Shown in pieces: positions 1 to 8,031 of a stretch of 17,274 bases of DNA (position 1 is its first letter; each line of letters starts with the position of its first letter). Origin of the DNA: Candidatus Omnitrophota bacterium (lineage in GTDB: Bacteria; Omnitrophota; Gorgyraeia; JABMRG01; JAFGKX01). The stretch lies in NCBI GenBank assembly GCA_020354945.1, contig CP070655.1, positions 861,512 to 878,785 of the forward strand, given 5' to 3'. The notes under the pieces were generated by a model. It was not told the origin of the DNA, did no database searches, and saw only the letters and a program-made list of their open reading frames with translations. Made by a program: the position numbers and the translations under genes.

Positions 1-293
1 AAAACAGCCTGACCGGCATCCGGTCCGCAGTTTAAAACCAATCTATAGCCTGTGGTTGCTATATGAGTTTTTCCTGCGATTTCATTGGCAGCCAAAACCA
101 ACTCTGATATAACGCCTTTATTTTGCTGATTTAAATCGGATATTTTTTCAATGTGTGCCTTCGGGATAACAATAACATGAACAGGCGCTTTCGGAGCAAT
201 ATCTTTAAAGGCCAATACAGAATCGTTTTCATAAATGATGCTGCTTTTTATTTCGCCATTGATTATTTTGCAAAAGATACAATCTTTATTCAT
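1..293 (-). CDS. hinT: HIT (histidine triad) nucleotide-binding protein, HinT/PKCI-like; partial, runs off the left edge
   Basis: Not in the ORF track; translated by hand from ATG at 293: MNKDCIFCKIINGEIKSSIIYENDSVLAFKDIAPKAPVHVIVIPKAH...GYRLVLNCGPDAGQAV. Has CIFC, AFxDIxPxAPxH and NxGxxAGQxV motifs, which precede the HxHxH triad (off-window). ATGA overlap with the purC stop. Confidence 0.93.
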   Translation of the reverse strand, partial: MNKDCIFCKIINGEIKSSIIYENDSVLAFKDIAPKAPVHVIVIPKAHIEKISDLNQQNKGVISELVLAANEIAGKTHIATTGYRLVLNCGPDAGQAV

Positions 294-1186
294 CTTGAGG
301 CTCCTGTGAGGAGTTTTAATGCCCGGTAATATTTTTGCCGGGTTTTACTTGCAATATCTCCCGGTAATTCCGGCGCAGGGGGTGTTTTATCCCAATCCAG
401 GGTCTCAAGATAATCACGCACAAACTGTTTATCAAAACTCGGTTGGCTTTTGCCGGGCTGGTATCCATCTTTCGGCCAAAATCTTGACGAATCAGGGGTA
501 AATATTTCATCGATGAGGATAATTTCATCATCTATTTTTCCAAATTCAAATTTTGTATCGGCAATAATTATGCCTTTTGATAAAGCATAATCAGCGCACT
601 TTTTATATAAACTTAAACTCTTTTTATTTATAAAATTAAAGACATCCTCACCTGAAATGGCCTTTACTTTATCGGCTGTTATATTTTCATCATGGCCTGA
701 TACTGCTTTAGTCGCAGGCGTAAAGATGGGTTGAGGTAATTTTTCTGACTCATGCAGCCCTTCAGGAAGTGATATCCCGCTAATAGAGTGAGTTTTTTTA
801 TATTCTTTCCACCCTGAACCTGATAAATAACCCCTTACTACGCATTCTACAGGTATGGGTAAGGTTTTTTTAACAAGCATAGACCTGCCATCGAGTAGAC
901 TTTTGTATTTTTTTAATCTTTCATCAGCGGAAACAATAGAATTGATATCTGTAGTAATTACATGATTTTTAATTATATCTTTCGTAAAATCAAACCAGAA
1001 ATTTGAAAGGGCTGTCAAAATTTTGCCTTTATCCGGAATGCCGTTTGGCATAACTACGTCAAAAGCTGAAATTCTATCCGTAGCTATGATAAGAAGATTT
1101 TCGCCTATTTTATATATATCCCTTACCTTGCCTTTTTTGTAAACAGGGATACCGGTTAAATCTGTGGATAATATTACTTCTGTCAT
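290..1186 (-). CDS. purC: Phosphoribosylaminoimidazole-succinocarboxamide (SAICAR) synthase, long (Ade1-like) form
   Basis: Motifs GKVRDIY, ATDRISAFD, ECVVRGYLSGS, FTPATKA, IIADTKFEFG, DEIFTPDSSRFW, SFDKQFVRD. Confidence 0.98.
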   Translation of the reverse strand: MTEVILSTDLTGIPVYKKGKVRDIYKIGENLLIIATDRISAFDVVMPNGIPDKGKILTALSNFWFDFTKDIIKNHVITTDINSIVSADERLKKYKSLLDGRSMLVKKTLPIPVECVVRGYLSGSGWKEYKKTHSISGISLPEGLHESEKLPQPIFTPATKAVSGHDENITADKVKAISGEDVFNFINKKSLSLYKKCADYALSKGIIIADTKFEFGKIDDEIILIDEIFTPDSSRFWPKDGYQPGKSQPSFDKQFVRDYLETLDWDKTPPAPELPGDIASKTRQKYYRALKLLTGASR

Positions 1187-3060
1187 AAAAACTTTTCCGG
1201 TGAGATATACTCTCCGTGCTTAGCCTGTACATCTTTTAGCCTTTTCTCCTGCTCAGTTAAGGCCTTAAATAAAATATCCGGTGCATCCGGGACTTTCGTC
1301 TTGTATATCTTAACAATCCTTTCTATCTTGGCCAGGTTTTCCGGCACCCTTAGAGTAAATTCATTTACGTAATCTTCAAACGAATAATCTTTATGCAAAA
1401 CCCTCTTAAATAATTTTTTCAAATCCTCATATACAGGGACATAACCTGTCGGAGTCTTAATAGCTCCTGCATCGCCATTTATACGCAACTCCATCCATTT
1501 AAGCCATACGTGTTTGTCTTTCATGCCGCTAATGTAATTGCCTTGTTTATCCTTTAGAAAGTAATTGACAGAAAAGATAACAGGAGGGCTTTTTACGCCT
1601 TCGGCAAATTTAACGTTGTTCATTATATATTTACCAAGGGGTATTGAAAGAAAATCAAGGTTTGCCATAAGGTTGAATTTTCTCACCCCCTCCTCACCAA
1701 GGGTGGCTGAGGTGGTTTCAGACTCTATCGTGGCCCCTTTTGTCAATATGCCATGAACCCAATCAAACGACTGCTCTACGGGAACAGAGGTATCAGAATC
1801 TCTCCCTCCGTATATTATGCCTTTTATCTCCACGCCGTCAGGATTGTTGAAATGCGAGTCAACGTTCTTTAAAGTGCTTAAGCGAATTGTATATCTAGCA
1901 TTTTTGTGGGAGGGAGTTATTTCTACATTCGAATCATCGGTTTTGTCAATATGCCATTGGCCTGAATAATTTATACCTTTTATCGGAACTTCACCGTCCT
2001 TACCAATCCAGTATGGTTGATTTTCGTCGGTTACAAGGACATTCGAAAAGATTACTTCGCCGGGAGTAATAAGGGCCTGGTAAATTGAAGGGTCACCTTT
2101 AGAATTGACATCTTTTATAATGCCGAATATTCCCCGCTCTACGTTTACAGCCCGTATTTTTCCATCGATTTTCCTTAAATAGGCTATGTCATCGCCTACA
2201 ACAGTCTCGCCTTCCAGCATACAGGTCGATGTTTTACCGCATGCGCTGGGAAAAGAACCTGAAAAATATGTAACTCTCTTATTAGGCCCATGGACTCCCA
2301 TTGTAAACATATGCTCGGTAAGCCAGCCCTCCACAGAGGCTTTCTTTATTGCAAGCCGCATAGCAAGTTTCTTTAGCCCTATTGTATTTCCCGCGTATTG
2401 AGTATTTACGGTATAAACAATGTTTTCATCAAGGTCTATATAAATTCGCCTTTTATCTATATCCTTGCTTACGTTATTTTCAAGAACCCCCGCGCTGTGA
2501 ACAAATCTGAAAAACTCTTCCTGATTCTGCATGTTTTTAAACTGCTTATAACCGTCTCTTATCAATATATGTTCGCTGTGGGCAACGTAACTTGAATCTG
2601 TTAACTGAATCGCTAATATAGAAAACGGCGATTTTATGGGGCCAAGGCAGAAAAAGCACACGTACATCTGCCTGCCTTTCATACTACTTTTAAGAATTTT
2701 ATGGATTTCTCTTAACCCCTTTCCCCTTTCTATAGATTTAATGTCAGAGCCTATGGTCTCGCCTTCAGGCAAAAGATAACAAGTTTTTGCCTTATCCCTG
2801 GCCTGGTCATGAAGACCGTCAAAATGCACAGTGTGGCCGGAGATTCTTAGCTTTTTCTCTTCGCCGAGTTGTATTGCTCTGTTTCTGATGTACTCTGCGT
2901 CATCTTTAGAATCAGAACGAATAAAAACAGAGTCCGGATTGCAATGCTGGGTATAACTGGCAACAAATTCTTCGACTTTCGGATTTTTTAAATTAATAAG
3001 TTTTTCAAAGCTGCCTCGGGTACATTTTTCTTTAAGTATATTTAGGTATTTCTTTCTCAT
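1183..3060 (-). CDS. pckG: Phosphoenolpyruvate carboxykinase (GTP)
   Basis: YAGNTIGLKK, WLTEHM, P-loop FPSACGKTS, VGDDIA, VERGIFG, HKNARY, YGGRD, FSVNYF; 625 aa. Confidence 0.96.
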   Translation of the reverse strand: MRKKYLNILKEKCTRGSFEKLINLKNPKVEEFVASYTQHCNPDSVFIRSDSKDDAEYIRNRAIQLGEEKKLRISGHTVHFDGLHDQARDKAKTCYLLPEGETIGSDIKSIERGKGLREIHKILKSSMKGRQMYVCFFCLGPIKSPFSILAIQLTDSSYVAHSEHILIRDGYKQFKNMQNQEEFFRFVHSAGVLENNVSKDIDKRRIYIDLDENIVYTVNTQYAGNTIGLKKLAMRLAIKKASVEGWLTEHMFTMGVHGPNKRVTYFSGSFPSACGKTSTCMLEGETVVGDDIAYLRKIDGKIRAVNVERGIFGIIKDVNSKGDPSIYQALITPGEVIFSNVLVTDENQPYWIGKDGEVPIKGINYSGQWHIDKTDDSNVEITPSHKNARYTIRLSTLKNVDSHFNNPDGVEIKGIIYGGRDSDTSVPVEQSFDWVHGILTKGATIESETTSATLGEEGVRKFNLMANLDFLSIPLGKYIMNNVKFAEGVKSPPVIFSVNYFLKDKQGNYISGMKDKHVWLKWMELRINGDAGAIKTPTGYVPVYEDLKKLFKRVLHKDYSFEDYVNEFTLRVPENLAKIERIVKIYKTKVPDAPDILFKALTEQEKRLKDVQAKHGEYISPEKFL

Positions 3061-3061
3061 G

Positions 3062-4051
3062 CTAAATCTCGCCGACTATCTCCTCTAACAGGTCCTCTAT
3101 AGTAACAAAACCTATCGGGACCTGTTTAGAGTCAACTACAATTGCCATATGTTCTTTTTTCTCTTGAAGCATAACTAATACATCATCAATGGGCGTATCA
3201 GCACCAACCTTGCTGATAGGGCGCACAAAATCCGAAAGAGGTTTTTCTCTATCGTATTCATAAATCACATCCAGGGCATTTACCACTCCTGTAAAATCCC
3301 GGCTGCCTTGCGGTTTTATAGGAAAGCGAGAATAATTTGTCTGCTGCATTATCCCGAGCAAATTTGATATGGAATCATCCGGCTTAAACCATACCAGCCG
3401 GTCTGCTTTATTCATCATCTGGCCGGCCTTCTTTCTCCCAAAATCGAATATTTTATAGATTATATTTCTTTCGTGGGGCTCAATAACACCTCTATCTTCG
3501 CCTTCCTTTATCAGGTATTTGAATTCCTCTCTTGTTACAAAAGGGCTTTTTTTAAACGATTTAGCATTTATGCCGAAAATCCATAAAATTTTTTCCGAGA
3601 CAAAAGTGACCACGCTGACAACAGGATATAATAGCTTCCCTGCTAAATTTAAAATAGAGCTGGATGCATAGGTTAGATTATCTCTATCTCTAAAATACAC
3701 TGTCTTTGGGATAAATTCGCCAAAGATTAATATAATGGGCGCCATCACAACGGTAGCTATCCATTCTGAATTTACCCCATATATGCTATAAATTAATTTA
3801 GTAAATACAGCACTAGCTGAAACTACTGCTAAGTTTGTGCCAACCAGCATGGTGCATAGCATTCTGTTAGGGTCATCCAGTATTCTTTGTATTATCATAG
3901 CCGATTTTCGTTTAGCATCCGCAGATACCCTTAACTTTATACGATTTAGAGATACTAAACCTATTTCTGACCCTGAAAAAAACCCTTCCAGAAGAACAAA
4001 AAATATAACAAAAAAAATTAAATAGATCATGCCTGGGGGCACCCTGCTCAC
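3062..4051 (-). CDS. CNNM/CorB family (DUF21 + CBS pair, 'hemolysin family') membrane protein, copy 2; true start may be ATG at 4030
   Basis: Hydrophobic N-terminus with EGFFSGSE, LVGTN, FGEFIPK, then CBS pair (YSRFPI; GFVTIEDLLEEIVGEI). The hydrophobic helix begins at ATG 4030 (MIYLIFF). Confidence 0.92.
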   Translation of the reverse strand: MSRVPPGMIYLIFFVIFFVLLEGFFSGSEIGLVSLNRIKLRVSADAKRKSAMIIQRILDDPNRMLCTMLVGTNLAVVSASAVFTKLIYSIYGVNSEWIATVVMAPIILIFGEFIPKTVYFRDRDNLTYASSSILNLAGKLLYPVVSVVTFVSEKILWIFGINAKSFKKSPFVTREEFKYLIKEGEDRGVIEPHERNIIYKIFDFGRKKAGQMMNKADRLVWFKPDDSISNLLGIMQQTNYSRFPIKPQGSRDFTGVVNALDVIYEYDREKPLSDFVRPISKVGADTPIDDVLVMLQEKKEHMAIVVDSKQVPIGFVTIEDLLEEIVGEI

Positions 4052-5061
4052 TTTTCGTGCAGTAAAGCGTTCCCTCCCTCTCTTCTTCGTTGAAACCTAT
4101 CATATTCATCGTGTATTTCGCCTACAATTTCTTCAAGCACATCTTCCAGAGTAAGGAGCCCTCGAGTCTTATCAAATTCATCGACAATTATTGCAATATA
4201 ATTACGTTCGCTCTGAAATTTAATAAGCAAATCATCTATCATTTCTGCTTCCGATACAAATAGCGGTTTTTTAATGTATCCAGACCAGTCATCTTTGGGA
4301 TTTAGCATAAACTCTTTGGTGTAGACAACCCCTGTAATATGGCCGGGGTCATCTTCATATATTGGGATTTTGCTGAATTTACTTTTTTTCATTATATCTA
4401 TCAATTCTTCTTTTTTAGCGAATCTTGCGCAGCCTACTATGTTTATCCTTGGTGTCATTATTCCATCGACTCTACGATGGCCGAAATCAAAGATTGTGCG
4501 TATCATCTTCTCTTCTTCTTTATCTATAATGCCTTCTTTTTTGCTAATCGACACCATGGCCTTAAGTTGTTTCTCGGTAATAAATGGCTCTGTGGCGGCC
4601 TGTTTCATAAACGCAGATATAAATGCGCCGGAGATTTTTTGAAGTAACCATCTAATGGGTAATATTATTTTGCTAAAATATACCAGCGGCAAAGAGACAA
4701 ATGTTGAGAATTTCTCCGAATTTTGTATAGCCATTATTTTAGGGGTTACTTCTCCGAATAATAATAAGATTATAGTCATAAATAATATCGATATAATAAC
4801 TCCTGCTTCGCCAAAAAGGTTCACTGCGATAACAGTGGCAATGCTTGTTGCAGCAACATTAACTATCATATTACCGATTAAAATAGTGGCCAGTGTCCGC
4901 CTTGGAGAGCTTAACAGTTCGGATACATATTTGGCTTTAGGGGCGGTGCTTAGTTGTATCTTCCTGCGCCGAAACCAGCTAAGGGAAAAAATGGCTGTTT
5001 CAGAGCCGGAAAAAAGGCCGGATAAAATTATTAACACAGGGATAAAAATAATGTGTAACAT
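4048..5061 (-). CDS. CNNM/CorB family (DUF21 + CBS pair) membrane protein, copy 1; putative Mg2+/Co2+ transporter
   Basis: SGLFSGSETAIFSL, ILIGNMIVN, FGEVTPK, IMTPR, FSKIPIY, IVDEF, GLLTLEDVLEEIVGEIHDEYD. Confidence 0.93.
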   Translation of the reverse strand: MLHIIFIPVLIILSGLFSGSETAIFSLSWFRRRKIQLSTAPKAKYVSELLSSPRRTLATILIGNMIVNVAATSIATVIAVNLFGEAGVIISILFMTIILLLFGEVTPKIMAIQNSEKFSTFVSLPLVYFSKIILPIRWLLQKISGAFISAFMKQAATEPFITEKQLKAMVSISKKEGIIDKEEEKMIRTIFDFGHRRVDGIMTPRINIVGCARFAKKEELIDIMKKSKFSKIPIYEDDPGHITGVVYTKEFMLNPKDDWSGYIKKPLFVSEAEMIDDLLIKFQSERNYIAIIVDEFDKTRGLLTLEDVLEEIVGEIHDEYDRFQRRREGGNALLHEK

Positions 5062-5630
5062 CAGGCATAGACCTTAAATCTTTCAATATAATCAGCGACC
5101 TTTTCAGGGACCAATCCTCGTATATCTTTATTTTCTCTTACCATCTTTCTTATTTCGGTGGACGAAATATCCACAGGCGTCATGGGCATTAGTTCTATAT
5201 TTTTGTATTTTGTCTTTAATGTGTAACCTGCCCTTGCCCCTACTATAAACTTGCACATTGAGAGTATTTTATCTATGCCTTTCCATGTATCGAGTGTCTT
5301 GGCGGAATCGGAACCTGCTAAAAAAAATATCTCTGTGTTTTCTGGATATATCTTTTTTATATATGATAGGGTGTCTATTGAATATGATACGTTTTTTCTG
5401 TTAATTTCTAATCGAGAAACTCCGAATTTATCATTGCCTTCAATTGCAAGTTTAACCATAGCCAGCCTATCTTCTGCATCTGCAATTTCTCCCTCGCCTT
5501 TATGCGGAGGGATATATGCCGGGATAAATATAACCTTCTCTAAATCAAAAGTTTTTACCGCAGTATCTGCCAGAACCATATGCCCGTTATGAACGGGATC
5601 GAATGTCCCGCCTAAAATCGCTATTTTCAT
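5061..5630 (-). CDS. nadD: Nicotinate-nucleotide adenylyltransferase
   Basis: GGTFDPVHNGH (HxGH), PPHK, SYSIDTL, GSDS, DISSTEIR. Confidence 0.97.
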   Translation of the reverse strand: MKIAILGGTFDPVHNGHMVLADTAVKTFDLEKVIFIPAYIPPHKGEGEIADAEDRLAMVKLAIEGNDKFGVSRLEINRKNVSYSIDTLSYIKKIYPENTEIFFLAGSDSAKTLDTWKGIDKILSMCKFIVGARAGYTLKTKYKNIELMPMTPVDISSTEIRKMVRENKDIRGLVPEKVADYIERFKVYA

Positions 5631-6883
5631 TTCCTCACCTGCCCACTCCCAAAGACAATATACTTATAAGTAGTCAATTCCTCAAGGGCCATTGGCCCCC
5701 TGGCATGTATCTTATCAGTACTTATTCCTATCTCTGCGCCCATACCGAATTCATAGCCGTCTGTGAAACGGGTTGAGGCATTAGCATAAACGCAGGCTGA
5801 ATCTACTTCTTTTAAGAATCTTAAAACCCGCTCATAACTTTCTGCGACGATAGCGTCAGAATGGCCGGTGCCAAAGGTGTTTATATGCTCTATCGCTTCA
5901 TCTAAACCACTTACGACTTTAACCGCCAATATAAGGCCTAAAAACTCTGTGGAGTAATCTTTTTTAGCCGCTTTTTTTATTCCTTTCGCTAATTGGCGGG
6001 TCCTGTTACAACCCCTTATCTCAACCTTAGCTTCTTTAAAGCGCCTGAGCATCTCCGGCAAAAAAGAACTCGCTATGTTTTCATCGACGAGCATAACCTC
6101 CATTGCATTACACACGCCGGGGCGTTGGACCTTGGCATTGAAACAGATATCATAGGCCTTGTTTAAATCCGCAGTTTTATCAACGTAGACATGGCATATG
6201 CCCTTGTAATGCTTGATTACAGGTATGGTTGAGTTTTCAGCTACCGCCTTTATCAATGCCTCTCCGCCGCGGGGGATTATTAAATCCAAGTATTTATCCA
6301 TCTTAAGTAAATACGTAGTAGCTTTTCTTTCTGTGGATTCTATTAAGTGGATGCAGCCTGTTGGCAGCTTAGCCCTTTTTAAAGACTCTTTTAATATATT
6401 ATAGATTGCCGAATTAGAATTTATAGATTCCTTTCCGCCTTTTAATATTACTGCGTTGCCGCTTTTAAGGCATAGGCATGCACAGTCGCTGGTTACATTT
6501 GGCCTTGCCTCATATATAATTCCAATAACGCCTATTGGAACCCGCATCTTTCCTATTTTGAGCCCGTTAGGCCTTTTATACATTTTTATAATTTCTTCGC
6601 AAGGGTCGGGCAATTCAGAAACTTTCTCAATGCATACAGCCATCGATTCTATCCGTTTTTTATTAATGGCGAGCCTGTCTATGAAGGCCTGCGATTTATT
6701 AATCTTCTTTGCAATTTTTATGTCTTTCTCATTGGCAGACATAATAGAAGATGCGTTCTTCCTAACGGCTTCTGCCATAATTTTGAGGGCATTATTTTTT
6801 GTTTCTGTCTTAGTCTTTGCCAACACCCTTGAAGCTGCCTTAGCCTCCTTGCATATTTTATCTATGTATTCTTTTATCTTCAT
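5627..6883 (-). CDS. proA: Gamma-glutamyl phosphate reductase (glutamate-5-semialdehyde dehydrogenase)
   Basis: VPIGVIGIIYEARPNVT, KSGNAVILKGGKE, IPRGG, GICHVY, catalytic CNA, NASTRFTDG, EIGISTDKIHARGP. Confidence 0.98.
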   Translation of the reverse strand: MKIKEYIDKICKEAKAASRVLAKTKTETKNNALKIMAEAVRKNASSIMSANEKDIKIAKKINKSQAFIDRLAINKKRIESMAVCIEKVSELPDPCEEIIKMYKRPNGLKIGKMRVPIGVIGIIYEARPNVTSDCACLCLKSGNAVILKGGKESINSNSAIYNILKESLKRAKLPTGCIHLIESTERKATTYLLKMDKYLDLIIPRGGEALIKAVAENSTIPVIKHYKGICHVYVDKTADLNKAYDICFNAKVQRPGVCNAMEVMLVDENIASSFLPEMLRRFKEAKVEIRGCNRTRQLAKGIKKAAKKDYSTEFLGLILAVKVVSGLDEAIEHINTFGTGHSDAIVAESYERVLRFLKEVDSACVYANASTRFTDGYEFGMGAEIGISTDKIHARGPMALEELTTYKYIVFGSGQVRK

Positions 6884-6888
6884 TCTTT

Positions 6889-6931
6889 TTAGTACCGTTT
6901 AGGGTACTTTCAAAAACGGTACTTTCAAAAA
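6889..6931. repeat. Intergenic palindromic element A: IR AGTACCGTTT (6891-6900) / AAACGGTACT (6914-6923), plus 14-bp direct repeat GGTACTTTCAAAAA (6903-6916, 6918-6931)
   Basis: Read directly from the sequence; both ends are shared with the element at 14469-14559. Confidence 0.85.
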
Positions 6932-8025
6932 ATCGCCAAATTATCCCTGTGAATCACTTCGTCGTGAATAATCTCTTGCTTAAGTACGGCTTTAAGCTGA
7001 GCTGTTTTTACCCCTTTTATCTTATTTAGCTGTTTTGAGGAAAAGTTGGTTACCCCCCTTGCAAACTCTTGACCCTGGATGTCTTTTATCATAATAATAT
7101 CTGAGGCCTCAAAATCCCCTCTTACTTCCTTTATGCCTGCAGCAAGGAGGCTCTTTCCATTGGCAACAAGGGCTTTTTTGGCGCCTTTATCTACCAGCAC
7201 TGAACCTTGGGGGGCTGGCGAGAAGGCAATCCAGCGTTTCTTGGCCGTGTGTTTTTCCCGCTGCGGCAGGAAAGTAGTTCCTACCTTTTCTCCCTTGATG
7301 ATTCTTAAAATTACATCCTTTTCTCTACCGTTAGCGATAACGCAGGAAATTCCGGAAGAGGTAGCCATTTTTATGGCCCGGAGTTTGCTTCTCATGCCGC
7401 CTGCTGCAAATCTGCCGATTTTTCTTGTCGCCATATCCTGTATCTTAGCGGTAATATGCGTTACTAAAGGTATAACTTTTCCCTCCGCAGGAGACTGCAG
7501 GCCATCGACATTTGTCAATATTATAAGCTCTCCTGCGCTCATTAAATTTGCCACCAACGCAGAAAGCCTGTCGTTGTCACCAAATTTTATCTCTTCTGTA
7601 GCTACTGTGTCATTTTCATTTATTATCGGAACCGCATTAAATTGATATATAAGCTCAAGCATGGTATTATAAGCATTTATGTAGCGGGTTCTATCACTAA
7701 AATCATCACTGGTAAGCAATATCTGCGCAGCGCGCAGATTATTCTTGCGCATACAATCATCGTATAATTTCATAAGTTGACTCTGCCCAATTGCTGCAGT
7801 TGCCTGCAATCTTTGAAGCTTCTCAGGCCGCTGTTTTAAACCGGTCGCTTCTATGCCTGCTCCGATTGCCCCGGATGATACAATAATGACCTTATATCCT
7901 GATTTTATCAATTTCGCAACTTGAGAGCTTAAGGCTTTCAAAACCGCTAAATCAATCTTACCAGTGGGCTTACTCAAAACAGCAGTACCTATTTTTACTA
8001 CAATTATTTGGTTAGCCTTTTGCAT
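6925..8025 (-). CDS. proB: Glutamate 5-kinase with C-terminal PUA domain
   Basis: IVVKIGT, VSSGAI, AAIGQ, INENDTVATEEIKFGDNDRL, GGMRSK, PUA (VDKGA...KSLLAAGI), IHRDNL. Confidence 0.98.
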   Translation of the reverse strand: MQKANQIIVVKIGTAVLSKPTGKIDLAVLKALSSQVAKLIKSGYKVIIVSSGAIGAGIEATGLKQRPEKLQRLQATAAIGQSQLMKLYDDCMRKNNLRAAQILLTSDDFSDRTRYINAYNTMLELIYQFNAVPIINENDTVATEEIKFGDNDRLSALVANLMSAGELIILTNVDGLQSPAEGKVIPLVTHITAKIQDMATRKIGRFAAGGMRSKLRAIKMATSSGISCVIANGREKDVILRIIKGEKVGTTFLPQREKHTAKKRWIAFSPAPQGSVLVDKGAKKALVANGKSLLAAGIKEVRGDFEASDIIMIKDIQGQEFARGVTNFSSKQLNKIKGVKTAQLKAVLKQEIIHDEVIHRDNLAIF

Positions 8026-8031
8026 TGGTTA

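Noticed and set aside
4027-4050. Selenocysteine or readthrough fusion of the two CNNM genes at the TGA in a structured region
   Set aside because: Readthrough hits another in-frame TGA after six codons, and the second gene is in a different frame.
3912-4109. Small alternative-frame minus-strand ORFs (also 316-531 and 15615-15797)
   Set aside because: Nested in established genes, with no motifs or independent support.
7079-7645. 188-aa plus-strand ORF, and the other plus-strand ORFs such as 9972-10505, 6456-6902 and 4655-5077
   Set aside because: All lie antisense to well-supported genes and have the Ser/Ile/Phe-rich composition expected of reverse-frame shadows.
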